This document shows positions 15,180-24,000 of a DNA stretch of 24,000 nucleotides, piece after piece; the first letter of the stretch is position 1; each line of letters opens with the position of its first letter. Source of the stretch: Kribbella antiqua (GTDB taxonomy: Bacteria; Actinomycetota; Actinomycetes; Propionibacteriales; Kribbellaceae); contig NZ_SLWR01000015.1 of assembly GCF_004345665.1 (NCBI RefSeq), positions 169,535-193,534 on the forward strand, in the 5' to 3' direction. Both the position numbers and the translations under genes were made by a program. The notes beneath the pieces were generated by a model. It was not told the origin of the DNA. It made no database searches and saw nothing but the letters and a program-made list of their open reading frames with translations.

Positions 15180-17740
15180 TCGCGTACCTCTCGTTCGCGG
15201 GCACCAGGGACCGGCGCGTCGGCTGGTTTGAGTGTTGCAGTCGGGATTGCGACCACCATCGTCAGGCCGCCACCAGGAGTGTCCTCCGGCTGCAGCGTGC
15301 CGTTCATCGCCTCGGTGAGACCGCGCGCGAGCGCGAGTCCGAGCCCCACCCCGACCGTGTTGTCCGTATCGCCGAGCCGCTGGAACGGCGCGAAGACCCG
15401 ATCCCGGTCCTCCCGCGGAATCCCCGGCCCACGGTCGACCACCCGCACCTCCACCGAGTCCCCGAGCGCACTCCCGGTCACCAGCGGCGGCCGCCCGTCC
15501 GGCGAATACCGGATCGCGTTCGCCACCAGGTTCGCGATCACCCGCTCCAGCAACGCGGGATCCGCCTCGACCAGCGGCAGCGTGTGCGGAATGTCCACAG
15601 TCACGTTGTCGCCGTCGTCACCGAGCTCAGCCAGTACGCCGGGTATCACCTCGTCCAGCGCCATCGGTCGCGTGAAGATGGGCAGTACGCCTGCCTGCAG
15701 CCGACTCAGGTCGAGCAGGTTGTCGACCAACCGCGAGAGGCGATCGAGCGACTCGTCCGCCGTCTCCAGCAGCTCGGCCCGCTCGGATTCGCTCCAGTCG
15801 ACGTCGTCGCTACGCAGGCTCGTCACCGACGCCTTCGCCGACGCCAATGGCGAGCGGAGGTCATGGCCGACCGCCCGGAGCAACGCCGTACGGAGTTTGT
15901 CCGCTTCGGCCAGGGGCTTCGCTTCCGCGGCGGCCTCGCTCAGGCGGGCCTTGTCCACCAGCGCGGCGGCGTGTGCGGCGAAGGCGCCGACCAGGCGGCG
16001 CTCGTCCGCGGCAAGTTGGCGACCTTGCAGGACGAGGACCAGATCGTCGCGGCCAGGGATCTCCGCATCGCCCTCCTCCGGTCGCGCGCAGGTCGTCGTA
16101 CCGGCGCTGGCCAGGGGTCGCCAGACCTCGGTCAGCTCGTCGTTGTCCACCCGCTCCATCAGGCACGCACCGGTCATCCCAAAGGCCTCGCGAACCCGTT
16201 CCAGCAGGGCAGGCAGCGCGGTCTCACCACGCAGAACAGACCCGGCCAGCGTCGCCAGCGTCTCGGACTCGGCCGCGGCACGGGCCGCCTGCCTGGTCCG
16301 TCTGGCCGCCCGGTCGACCACCGAGCTCACCATCGCTGCGACCAGCACGAAGATCAGCAGCGCCAGCACATTGTTGAAGTCGGAGATCGTGAACGTGCGT
16401 GTCGGCGGAGTGAAGAAATAGTTCAGTACGACGGAGCCGACGACCGCAGTCATCATCGCCGGCCACAGTCCACCCACCAGCGCCACGACGACCACGGCGA
16501 GCAGGAAGGCCAGCACATTGCTGGTCAGGTTGAGGCTGTCCCCACCGAACCCGAGTACCACGGCAAGGACGGGCTGCAGAACGAGGCCGAGCACGAAGCC
16601 CTGGATCTTGCGCCGCCGCGACAGGCTGCCGCGCAACCGCGGCAGCCGGCCGCGGCCCATCTCGGCATGGGTGACGATGTGAACGTCGATGTCGCCGGAG
16701 TCGCGGATCGTGCTGGCGCCAATGCCCGGACCGGAGACGAGCGACGACACCCGGGACCGGCGGCTGCCGCCGAGGACCAACTGGGTGGCGTTCTCGGCCC
16801 GGGCGAAGGACAGCAGGGCCTCGGGGACGTTGTCCCCCACGACCTGGTGGTACGAACCGCCGAGGCTCTCGACGAGGTTGCGCTGTTCGGCGAGCCGCTT
16901 CGGGTTGGCGCCGGTCAGGCCGTCGGAGCGGGCGACGTGGACTGCGAGCAGGTCACCGCCGGACGACCTGGCGGCGATGCGAGCGGCACGCCTGATCAGG
17001 GTCTCGCCCTCGGGACCGCCGGTCAGCGCGACCACGACGCGTTCCCGGGCTTCCCAGGTCGAGTCGATGTCATGTTGAGCGCGGTACTGCTGCAGGCCGG
17101 CGTCCACCCGGTCGGCGAGCCAGAGCAGTGCGAGTTCGCGCAACGCGGACAGGTTGCCGACCCGGAAGTAGTTGCCCAGGGCAGCATCGACCTTGTCGGC
17201 GGCGTAGACGTTGCCGTGCGCCATCCGCCGGCGCAACGCCTCGGGCGTCATGTCGACCAGCTCGATCTGGTCGGCGGCCCGGACCACCCGATCCGGGATC
17301 TTCTCCTGCTGCGGTACGCCGGTGATCTTCTCGACCACGTCGTTGATCGACTCGAGGTGCTGGATGTTCACCGTCGAGATCACGTCGATCCCGGCGGCCA
17401 GCACCTCCTCGATGTCCTGCCAGCGCTTCTCGTTCCGGCTGCCCGGCACGTTGGTGTGCGCCATCTCGTCGATCAGCGCGACCTCGGGCCGGCGCGCCAG
17501 TACGGCGTCCAGGTCCATCTCGGTGAAGCTGGCGCCGCGGTAGTCCATGATCTGCCGCGGCACCAGCTCCAGACCCTCGATCATCGCGGCGGTGTGCGGC
17601 CGGCCGTGGGTCTCGACGAAGCCGATCACCACGTCGGTGCCACGGTCCAGCCGTCGCTGACCCTCGCCCAGCATCTTGTAGGTCTTCCCGACGCCGGGCG
17701 CGGCACCCAGGTAAATCCGCAGATGCCCGCGATTACTCAT
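15176..17740 (-). CDS. kdpD: Sensor histidine kinase KdpD
   Basis: 854 aa. N-terminal KdpD domain with P-loop (GAAPGVGKTY), Usp-like segment, four TM helices, GAF-like region, HisKA (AVGHDLRSPL) and HATPase_c (..DRGPGIP..GLGLALARG..). Confidence 0.95.
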   Translation of the reverse strand: MSNRGHLRIYLGAAPGVGKTYKMLGEGQRRLDRGTDVVIGFVETHGRPHTAAMIEGLELVPRQIMDYRGASFTEMDLDAVLARRPEVALIDEMAHTNVPGSRNEKRWQDIEEVLAAGIDVISTVNIQHLESINDVVEKITGVPQQEKIPDRVVRAADQIELVDMTPEALRRRMAHGNVYAADKVDAALGNYFRVGNLSALRELALLWLADRVDAGLQQYRAQHDIDSTWEARERVVVALTGGPEGETLIRRAARIAARSSGGDLLAVHVARSDGLTGANPKRLAEQRNLVESLGGSYHQVVGDNVPEALLSFARAENATQLVLGGSRRSRVSSLVSGPGIGASTIRDSGDIDVHIVTHAEMGRGRLPRLRGSLSRRRKIQGFVLGLVLQPVLAVVLGFGGDSLNLTSNVLAFLLAVVVVALVGGLWPAMMTAVVGSVVLNYFFTPPTRTFTISDFNNVLALLIFVLVAAMVSSVVDRAARRTRQAARAAAESETLATLAGSVLRGETALPALLERVREAFGMTGACLMERVDNDELTEVWRPLASAGTTTCARPEEGDAEIPGRDDLVLVLQGRQLAADERRLVGAFAAHAAALVDKARLSEAAAEAKPLAEADKLRTALLRAVGHDLRSPLASAKASVTSLRSDDVDWSESERAELLETADESLDRLSRLVDNLLDLSRLQAGVLPIFTRPMALDEVIPGVLAELGDDGDNVTVDIPHTLPLVEADPALLERVIANLVANAIRYSPDGRPPLVTGSALGDSVEVRVVDRGPGIPREDRDRVFAPFQRLGDTDNTVGVGLGLALARGLTEAMNGTLQPEDTPGGGLTMVVAIPTATLKPADAPVPGAREREVRE

Positions 17741-17752
17741 GCTTCCACTCTC

Positions 17753-18331
17753 TCAGAGTGCGGCCAGGGCGTTGTTGAGCGTCACGACGTTCACGCGAGG
17801 CTCACCGAGGAACCCGAGCGTCCGGCCCTTGGTGTTCTCCTTGACGAGCTTCTGGACTTCAGCCACGGACAACCCACGTTCCCGAGCGACCCGATCCACC
17901 TGAATTGCGGCGTACGCCGGGCTGATGTCCGGGTCGAGGCCGCTACCGCTGGCGGTCACCGCGTCCGGCGGCACCTGGGAGGGATCGACGCCGTTGAGCT
18001 CCGCGACCTCCTGCCGCCGCTGGTCGATCAGCTTGACCAGCTCCGGACTGTTCGGCCCGTACTGTGAGGCCGCGCTGCCCATCGCGTTGTAGTCGACCGC
18101 GGACGGCCGAGTCTGGAACCACTGCTTGCCGTAGGTCTGGCCGATGAGGTCGGACGCGACGTCCTTGCCGTTGACCTTGACGATCGAGCCGTTGGCGTTG
18201 CCGTGGAACAGCGCCTGTGCCGCGCCGGTCATCACCAAGGGATAGATGATGCCGAGGGCAACGGTGAAGACCAGTAGGGCCCGGATTGCGACCCCGAACT
18301 GCCGGACCGAGCCGGGGAGATTGCTTGCCAT
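17753..18331 (-). CDS. kdpC: Potassium-transporting ATPase subunit KdpC
   Basis: KdpC-like throughout (..LVFTVALGIIYPLVMTGAAQALF..ASGSGLDPDISPAYA..). I prefer ATG 18331 (MASNLPG.., AAAGG RBS) over the track's TTG at 18337. Confidence 0.93.
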   Translation of the reverse strand: MASNLPGSVRQFGVAIRALLVFTVALGIIYPLVMTGAAQALFHGNANGSIVKVNGKDVASDLIGQTYGKQWFQTRPSAVDYNAMGSAASQYGPNSPELVKLIDQRRQEVAELNGVDPSQVPPDAVTASGSGLDPDISPAYAAIQVDRVARERGLSVAEVQKLVKENTKGRTLGFLGEPRVNVVTLNNALAAL

Positions 18332-18344
18332 GACCAACTACCTT

Positions 18345-20426
18345 TCAGCGGATCCCTGGGATCAAGGAGATCACCAGGTCCAGAAGTTTGATCCCGACGA
18401 ACGGGGTGATCAGGCCACCAACGCCGTACACCAGCAGGTTGCGGCGCAGCATCGCGGACGCCGACGACGGCTTGTACCGGACGCCACGCAGCGCCAGCGG
18501 CACCAGCGCAACAATCACGAGCGCGTTGAACACGATCGCCGACACGATCGCCGACTCCGGCGAGTGCAGGTGCATGACGTTCAGCTTCGCCAGGCCCGGG
18601 TAGGCCGCGGCGAACAGGGCCGGCAGGATGGCGAAGTATTTCGCCACGTCGTTGGCGATCGAGAACGTGGTCAGCGAACCGCGGGTGATCAGCAACTGCT
18701 TGCCGATCTCAACGATCTCGATCAGCTTGGTCGGGTTGGAGTCGAGGTCGACCATGTTGCCGGCCTCCTTCGCGGCCGACGTACCGCTGTTCATCGCGAC
18801 CCCGACATCCGCCTGGGCCAGCGCCGGCGCGTCGTTCGTGCCGTCGCCGGTCATCGCGACCAGCCGGCCGCCCTCCTGCTCCTTCTTGATCAGCGCCATC
18901 TTGTCCTCGGGCGTCGCCTCGGCCAGGAAGTCGTCGACCCCGGCCTCCTCGGCGATCGCCTTCGCGGTCAGCTGGTTGTCGCCGGTGATCATCACGGTCC
19001 GGATGCCCATCGCGCGCATCTGGTCGAACCGCTCCCGCATGCCTTCCTTGACCACGTCCTTGAGGTGGATCACGCCCAGCGCCCGGGCGGTGCCGTTGAT
19101 GCTCTCGGCAACGACCAGCGGCGTACCACCGGAGGCGGAGATGCCGTCGACGACCTCGCCGAGCGCGGGGTCCGTCGTACCGCCCTGGCCGTGGATCCAG
19201 GCGTTGACCGCCCCGGCCGCGCCCTTGCGGATCTGCCGGCCGTCCACGTCCACGCCACTCATCCGGGTCTGCGCGGTGAACTCGACGAACGTTGCATGCG
19301 GCAACTCTCCGGTGTGCCGCTCCCGCAGCCCGTAGCCGTTCTTCGCCAGTACGACGATCGACCGGCCCTCCGGCGTCTCATCGGCCAGGCTGGACAACTG
19401 CGCCGCGTCGGCCAGCTCGGTGTCCGTCACACCGTCGACCGGGATGAACTCCGACGCCTGCCGGTTGCCCAGTGTGATGGTGCCGGTCTTGTCCAGCAGC
19501 AGCGTGTTCACGTCGCCCGCGGCCTCGACCGCCCGGCCCGACATCGCCAGCACGTTGCGCTGGACCAGCCGGTCCATTCCGGCGATGCCGATCGCGGACA
19601 ACAGCGCGCCGATCGTGGTCGGGATCAGGCAAACCAGGAGCGCGACCAGGACGACAACGCTCAGGTTCGTGTGAGCGTACGCCGCGAACGTCGGCAGCGT
19701 GACCGTGGCGATCAGGAAGACGATCGTCAGGCTGGCCAGCAGGATGTTCAGCGCGATCTCGTTCGGCGTCTTCTGCCGGGACGCGCCCTCGACCAAGGCG
19801 ATCATCCGGTCGATGAAGCTCTCCCCCGGCTTGGTGGTGATCTTCACGACGATCCGGTCCGACAGCACCTTGGTACCACCGGTGACGGCACTGCGGTCGC
19901 CGCCGGACTCGCGGATCACCGGCGCGGACTCACCCGTGATGGCCGACTCGTCGACGCTGGCCACACCCTCGACCACGTCACCGTCACCCGGGATGATTTG
20001 GCCGGCCTCGACCACGACCAGGTCGCCCAGTCTCAATGCGGTCGCCGGCACCTCTTCCTCGCCACCGTCGCCGGTGAGCCGGCGGGCGGTGGTCTCGGTC
20101 TTCGCCCGGCGCAGAGTCTCGGCCTGGGCCTTGCCCCGGCCTTCCGCGACCGCCTCGGCCAGGTTGGCGAAGACGACGGTCAGCCACAGCCAGACCACGA
20201 TCCACCAGACGAACACGCTGGAGTTGGTGAAGGCCAGGATCGTGGAAGCGACCGCGCCCACCTCGACCACGAACATCACCGGGTTCTTCACCATCACCCG
20301 CGGGTCGAGCTTGCGCAGCGCGTCCGGCAAAGAGGTGAGCAGCATCTTCGGGTCGAACAGGCCCGATGAGGCGCGTTTCGGAATCGCCGCCGATGCAGGT
20401 GCGGGCGGCTTCAACAGCGTGGTCAC
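18345..20426 (-). CDS. kdpB: Potassium-transporting P-type ATPase subunit KdpB
   Basis: 693 aa. P-type ATPase motifs: phosphorylation site [37 protein letters not shown] start overlaps the kdpA stop (GTGA). Confidence 0.97.
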   Translation of the reverse strand: MTTLLKPPAPASAAIPKRASSGLFDPKMLLTSLPDALRKLDPRVMVKNPVMFVVEVGAVASTILAFTNSSVFVWWIVVWLWLTVVFANLAEAVAEGRGKAQAETLRRAKTETTARRLTGDGGEEEVPATALRLGDLVVVEAGQIIPGDGDVVEGVASVDESAITGESAPVIRESGGDRSAVTGGTKVLSDRIVVKITTKPGESFIDRMIALVEGASRQKTPNEIALNILLASLTIVFLIATVTLPTFAAYAHTNLSVVVLVALLVCLIPTTIGALLSAIGIAGMDRLVQRNVLAMSGRAVEAAGDVNTLLLDKTGTITLGNRQASEFIPVDGVTDTELADAAQLSSLADETPEGRSIVVLAKNGYGLRERHTGELPHATFVEFTAQTRMSGVDVDGRQIRKGAAGAVNAWIHGQGGTTDPALGEVVDGISASGGTPLVVAESINGTARALGVIHLKDVVKEGMRERFDQMRAMGIRTVMITGDNQLTAKAIAEEAGVDDFLAEATPEDKMALIKKEQEGGRLVAMTGDGTNDAPALAQADVGVAMNSGTSAAKEAGNMVDLDSNPTKLIEIVEIGKQLLITRGSLTTFSIANDVAKYFAILPALFAAAYPGLAKLNVMHLHSPESAIVSAIVFNALVIVALVPLALRGVRYKPSSASAMLRRNLLVYGVGGLITPFVGIKLLDLVISLIPGIR

Positions 20427-22084
20427 AGTCCCTCCGCGAGGGGTCCGAGAGTGAGTGCGGGGAAGTAGGTCAGGCCCGTCACAATCAGTACGACGCCGAT
20501 CAGCATCGTCACGAACAAGGCCTTGTGGGTAGGCAGCGTGCCCTGAGTTATCGGGACCGGCTGCTGCTGGGCGAAGGAGCCGGCCAGCGCCAGCACCAGC
20601 ACCATCGGCACGAACCGGCCGAGCAGCATCACCAGCCCGAGGGCGGTGTTGTAGAACGGGATGTTCGCGCTGATACCGCCGAAGGCGCTGCCGTTGTTGT
20701 TACCGGCCGAGGTGAAGGCGTACAGGACCTCGGAGAAGCCGTGCGGGCTGTCGGTGTTGAAGATCGACGCCCGCGCCACCGCCAGACCCATCGCGATCGA
20801 CGCGCCGGCCAGCACCAGCGTCGGCGTGGTGAGGATGTAGAGCGAAACCAGCTTCATCTCGCGCGCGGTGATCTTCTTCTTGAGGTACTCCGGGGTCCGG
20901 CCGACCATCAGGCCCGCGACGAAGACCGTGAGTACGGCGAGCACGAGCATGCCGTAGAGGCCGGTGCCGGTCCCGCCTGGCGACACCTCGCCCAGCATCA
21001 TGTGGAAGAGCGCCGTACCGCCGCCGAGTGGGGTGAACGAGTCGTGGGCGGAGTTCACCGCGCCGGTCGACGTACCGGTGGTCGAGGATGCGAAGAGCGC
21101 GGACGCCCATTCGCCGAAGCGGGTTTCCTTGCCTTCCATCGCCGCGCCGGCGGCCTGAGTCGCCGTACCGGCGCCCTGGGTCTCGAAGAAGGTGGCGGCG
21201 AAGGTGAAGGCGGCCCAGATGGTGCCCATCACGCCGAGGATGGCGTAGCCCTGCCGCTTGTCCTTGATCATCAGGCCGAAGGTGCGGGTCAGCGCGACCG
21301 GGATCACCAGCAGCAGAAAGATCTCGAACAGGTTCGACAGCGGGTTCGGGTTCTCGAACGGGTGGCCCGAGTTGGCGTTGTAGTAGCCGCCGCCGTTGGT
21401 GCCGAGCTCCTTGATGATCTCCTGGCTGGCGACCGGGCCGCCTGGGATGGTCTGCGTCTGGCCGACCACTGAGGTGACCTCGTGCCCGCCGGAGAAGTTC
21501 TGTACGACGCCCATCGCGACCAGCACCAGGGTGCCGACGACTGCGATCGGCAGCAGGATCCGTAGCGTGGTCCGGGTCAGGTCGACCCAGAAGTTGCCGA
21601 GCCGGTCGGTCTTGGACCGGGCGAAACCGCGGATCACCGCGATCGCGACGACGATGCCGACGGCCGCGGAGAGGAAGTTCTGTACGGCGAGCCCGGCGAA
21701 CTGGACCAGGTGGCCCATCGTCTGCTCGGGCGAGTACGACTGCCAGTTGGTGTTCGACACGAAGGACGCGGCCGTGTTCCAGGCCAGGCCGGACGGGACG
21801 CTCGGCAGCCCCAGCGACAACGGCAGGTAGTGCTGCAGCCGCTGCAGCAGATAAAGCAGTACGACGCTGATGGCCGAGAACGCGATCAGCGAGCGGGCGT
21901 AGACGGCCCAGGTCTGGTCGGCCTTCGGGTCGACGCCGAACAGCTTGTAGGCGCCGCGCTCGATCCGCAGGTCCTTGCCGGACGAGTAGACCCTGGCCAT
22001 GTAGCCGCCGAACGGCCGGTAAGCAGCGGCCAGGAGCGCGACGAGAAGGCCGACCTGTAACAGGCCGGCTGCGGTGTCGGACAT
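20423..22084 (-). CDS. kdpA: Potassium-transporting ATPase subunit KdpA
   Basis: KdpA-like polytopic protein ([33 protein letters not shown]...[30 protein letters not shown]..). Start at ATG 22084. The 35-codon upstream extension in the track ORF (22189) is Arg-rich junk that overlaps kdpF. Confidence 0.95.
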   Translation of the reverse strand: MSDTAAGLLQVGLLVALLAAAYRPFGGYMARVYSSGKDLRIERGAYKLFGVDPKADQTWAVYARSLIAFSAISVVLLYLLQRLQHYLPLSLGLPSVPSGLAWNTAASFVSNTNWQSYSPEQTMGHLVQFAGLAVQNFLSAAVGIVVAIAVIRGFARSKTDRLGNFWVDLTRTTLRILLPIAVVGTLVLVAMGVVQNFSGGHEVTSVVGQTQTIPGGPVASQEIIKELGTNGGGYYNANSGHPFENPNPLSNLFEIFLLLVIPVALTRTFGLMIKDKRQGYAILGVMGTIWAAFTFAATFFETQGAGTATQAAGAAMEGKETRFGEWASALFASSTTGTSTGAVNSAHDSFTPLGGGTALFHMMLGEVSPGGTGTGLYGMLVLAVLTVFVAGLMVGRTPEYLKKKITAREMKLVSLYILTTPTLVLAGASIAMGLAVARASIFNTDSPHGFSEVLYAFTSAGNNNGSAFGGISANIPFYNTALGLVMLLGRFVPMVLVLALAGSFAQQQPVPITQGTLPTHKALFVTMLIGVVLIVTGLTYFPALTLGPLAEGL

Positions 22085-22173
22085 CAGAACCTCTCGGGGA
22101 AGATCAGGGCGGCGACTAGGTAGAGGACCAGCGCCACGGCGACCACGAGACCGGCGATGTTTTCGGCGCTCAC
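22084..22173 (-). CDS. kdpF: Potassium-transporting ATPase subunit KdpF (29 aa)
   Basis: Too short for the ORF track. My translation: [29 protein letters not shown], a single TM helix with the KdpF C-terminal PE(R/K)F ending. GTG start at 22173 is preceded by GGAGTGGAGAAG. Its stop overlaps the kdpA ATG (TGATG). Confidence 0.8.
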   Translation of the reverse strand: MSAENIAGLVVAVALVLYLVAALIFPERF

Positions 22174-22256
22174 AACTTCTCCACTCCACGCAGCGCGAAC
22201 CAGACGGCCGCGAAGACGACGACGGTCAGGGCCAGGTAGCCCACGTCAGTGCTCAT
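22170..22256 (-). CDS. Unannotated 28-aa hydrophobic mini-ORF at the head of the kdp operon
   Basis: My translation from ATG 22256: [28 protein letters not shown]. One TM helix. 24 of 27 third positions after the ATG are G/C. Its TGA overlaps the kdpF GTG (GTGA at 22170..22173). No clear SD upstream of its ATG. Confidence 0.45.
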   Translation of the reverse strand: MSTDVGYLALTVVVFAAVWFALRGVEKL

Positions 22257-22296
22257 GGGTTCAACTGCACACCGCTGACTGCCGGGTCAGGAGTGT

Positions 22297-22367
22297 TCTC
22301 ACAGGCCTCTCACACCGGCACGCAGACCTCTGACGGCGCTCTGACGGGCGTGTCTCGTGGGTCTCAC
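22297..22367 (-). promoter_or_regulatory. Array of helically phased direct repeats TCT(C/G)AC upstream of the kdp operon (candidate KdpE binding sites)
   Basis: On the + strand the hexamers start at 22297, 22308, 22329, 22340 and 22362 (spacings 11, 21, 11, 22). 22297/22308 are exact TCTCACA copies. 22328..22336 and 22339..22347 are exact CTCTGACGG copies. In kdp sense the units read GTGAGA / GTCAGAG. The array lies 41 to 111 nt upstream of ATG 22256. Confidence 0.45.
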
Positions 22368-22525
22368 CGAACTCATAGCGGACACGACTTCGTCTACGGC
22401 CGCTGAGTCCGCATACTTACGGCTGGCAACCACTGCCCCACAGATGGACCGCCCCTGACTCCTGCGTATTTTCTTCCACCAGCCAGCGACAGCTGGCACC
22501 CAAAAGACGAGAGACGAACAACCAA

Positions 22526-23146
22526 GTGACTGATGTTGAAATCACCGCCCCTGTTGAGCAGTTCTTCTCCGCCGAGACCCGGGAGGCGCTCGCTGAGGCG
22601 AGTCGCCGGCTGGCGGAGCGGCTCCAGGCGCACACCGAGGCGCTGCTCGCGATGACGGGTGAGGACCAGACCGCCCTCTACGAGCAGAACGCGGCCCTCG
22701 AGGAGCTCGTCGAGAGCTGGAACGACGCCGTCTTCGAGCACACCGGCACCGCGCCGCTGCTGCTGGACGACGACGTACAAGAAGAGGACGACGAGGAGGT
22801 CGAGCAGGACCAGGTGATCAGCGTGGTGTCGCGGTTCGACCTGCGCGTGGTCGACCTGGACGCGCTGCTCGAGGCCGGCCGGGCGGCGCAGGAGCGGCAC
22901 CCGGCCGAGCTCGACGAGAGCGCCGAGGCCGAGCCGGTGGACTCGGCCGAGCAGGCGATCTACGAGATCAGCCGCGAGGTCGGTGAAGCCTGGTTCGAGC
23001 TGCCCGGGATCGAGATGGTCGCCGGCGCCCGGGCGTACGTCGTACCGGAGCAGCCGTTCGAGCCGCTCGACGCCGACGCCGAGGACGTCGTCACCGAACT
23101 CATCGCCCCGAACGGCGTCGCGACGCACGCCGAGACCTGGGCTTAG
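22526..23146 (+). CDS. Highly acidic hypothetical protein (206 aa)
   Basis: GTG start. Strong GC3 bias in this frame; the antisense ORF 22394..23128 is a shadow. About 25-30% Asp+Glu, including DDDVQEEDDEEVEQDQ. I recognise no motif. Confidence 0.65.
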   Translation: MTDVEITAPVEQFFSAETREALAEASRRLAERLQAHTEALLAMTGEDQTALYEQNAALEELVESWNDAVFEHTGTAPLLLDDDVQEEDDEEVEQDQVISVVSRFDLRVVDLDALLEAGRAAQERHPAELDESAEAEPVDSAEQAIYEISREVGEAWFELPGIEMVAGARAYVVPEQPFEPLDADAEDVVTELIAPNGVATHAETWA

Positions 23147-23949
23147 ACGAGTAGTTCACCATCCAGCACGGTGACTGCCTGGCCTTTGAGGTAGACGCGG
23201 TCGGCGGCTGAGGTGACGCGGACGACCCCGCCTCGGGCGGACGCCTGGTACCCGACCAGTTCGTCCCGCCCGAGGCGCTCGGCCCAGTACGGCGCCAGTC
23301 CGGTGTGCGCGCTGCCGGTCACGGGATCCTCGGGGATACCGCTGCCAGGAGCGAAGAATCTCGAGATGAAGTCGTATTCCGCGCTCGGGGCGGTCACGGT
23401 GAGGCCGCGGATCCCCTCCCGCCGGGTGATCGCCGCGACGGCCTCCAGATTGGGCTCGAGGTCGCGGACCGTCTGCTCGTCGGGCAGTACGACGAGCAGG
23501 TCGCGCAGCTCGCCGGTGATGTAGACAGCCTCCGGCTCGACCCCGAGCGCGTCGCTGAGGCCGTCCGGGACCGCGACCGCGATCGGCCGGTTGACCGGGA
23601 AGTCGAGTGTGATCCAGCCGTCGTCGACTTCGGCGATAAGCACCCCGCTGAGCGTCGCGAAGCTGACCTTCCCGGTCACCAGCCCGTCCGCGGCCATCGC
23701 GTGCACGGTCGCGAGGGTCGCGTGCCCGCAGAGGACGACCTCCTTCGCCGGCGTGAACCAGCGCAGGTCCCAGTCCGCCTCGCCGTCCGGCGCCGGCTTG
23801 GCGAAGGCGGTCTCGGAGTGCTTCATCTCGGCCGCGACCGCCTGCATCCACGCCGCGTCCGGCCATTCCCCCGCCTCGAGCAAGCACACCCCGGCCGGGT
23901 TCCCCCCGAACGGACGATCAGCAAACGCGTCGACAACCCGAATCCTCAT
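23143..23949 (-). CDS. PhzF-family isomerase/epimerase-like protein
   Basis: MRIRVVDAFADRPFGGNPAGVCLL...HSETAF...LCGHATLA...FISRFFAPGSGIPEDPVTGSAH... matches the PhzF/YddE family pattern. Start at ATG 23949; the track's 24000 start adds 17 non-conserved-looking residues. 4-nt convergent overlap with 22526..23146. Confidence 0.88.
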   Translation of the reverse strand: MRIRVVDAFADRPFGGNPAGVCLLEAGEWPDAAWMQAVAAEMKHSETAFAKPAPDGEADWDLRWFTPAKEVVLCGHATLATVHAMAADGLVTGKVSFATLSGVLIAEVDDGWITLDFPVNRPIAVAVPDGLSDALGVEPEAVYITGELRDLLVVLPDEQTVRDLEPNLEAVAAITRREGIRGLTVTAPSAEYDFISRFFAPGSGIPEDPVTGSAHTGLAPYWAERLGRDELVGYQASARGGVVRVTSAADRVYLKGQAVTVLDGELLV

Positions 23950-24000
23950 GCGCCCGACGCTAGAACCGCCGTACGCCCGAATCCATAGCCACTTCCCCAC

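Noticed and set aside
14544-18067. Two very long + strand ORFs (625 aa at 14544..16421 and 827 aa at 15584..18067)
   Set aside because: They are antisense to kdpE, kdpD and kdpC. Composition is Arg/Gly/Pro-rich, whereas the - strand frames carry full KdpD/KdpE motif sets.
18246-21472. 707-aa (18246..20369) and 368-aa (20366..21472) + strand ORFs
   Set aside because: They are antisense to kdpB and kdpA. The - strand carries the P-type ATPase motifs DKTGT and TGDGxNDxP.
22257-22525. Possible c-di-AMP (ydaO/kimA-class) riboswitch in the kdp leader, considered because kdp operons carry one in some bacteria
   Set aside because: Reading the - strand sense, I find only isolated fragments (AGGGGCGGTCCA, CCGTAAG). 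The paired pseudo-symmetric ACGGGGA/CCCGA architecture is not there. This is not supportable without a covariance-model scan (Rfam RF00379), which would be the decisive test.
22394-23128. 244-aa - strand ORF
   Set aside because: It is antisense to the acidic-protein gene. The + frame has the coding-type GC3 bias. The - frame is Leu/Arg/Val-rich mirror sequence.

Overview
High-GC (roughly 70%) actinobacterial chromosomal window, densely coding. I saw no tRNA/rRNA genes, CRISPR arrays, transposases or integrases. Most long ORFs in the track are antisense shadow frames of the real genes, as expected at this GC content.

Gene order:
- Osmoprotectant ABC permease (partial) and a CBS-tailed ATPase (-).
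- hutU and hutH (-), divergent from a tandem-GNAT acetyltransferase plus a small membrane ORF (+).
- IclR-family regulator (+).
- A compact zinc-starvation (Zur-type) island: Cys-less S14 and L33 (-), divergent from a COG0523/CobW-like gene and a type-B L31 (+).
- A second, atypical HAL/PAL-superfamily gene (+).
- SGNH hydrolase (-).
- ECF sigma factor with a fused NTF2/SnoaL-like tail, followed by a stand-alone NTF2 (SgcJ/EcaC-like) gene (+).
- An alpha/alpha-toroid repeat protein, then kdpE, kdpD, kdpC, kdpB, kdpA, kdpF and one further unlisted mini-ORF (all -).
- An acidic hypothetical protein (+) and a PhzF-family isomerase (-).

Most interesting observations:
1. The second HAL-like gene has Gly-Thr-Gly where the MIO-forming X-Ser-Gly triad should be, and Phe where the catalytic Tyr should be. 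It sits behind a near-copy of the 16-bp perfect palindrome found in the hutH/GNAT divergent promoter.
2. The COG0523 gene in the Zur island is frame-broken at a CCCC run and has lost its Walker A and CxCC motifs.
3. A 28-codon hydrophobic ORF is translationally coupled to kdpF.
4. Five helically phased TCT(C/G)AC repeats lie upstream of the kdp operon and are a candidate KdpE array.

I found no obvious defence or mobile system. All functional calls rest on motif recognition by eye, not on database searches.
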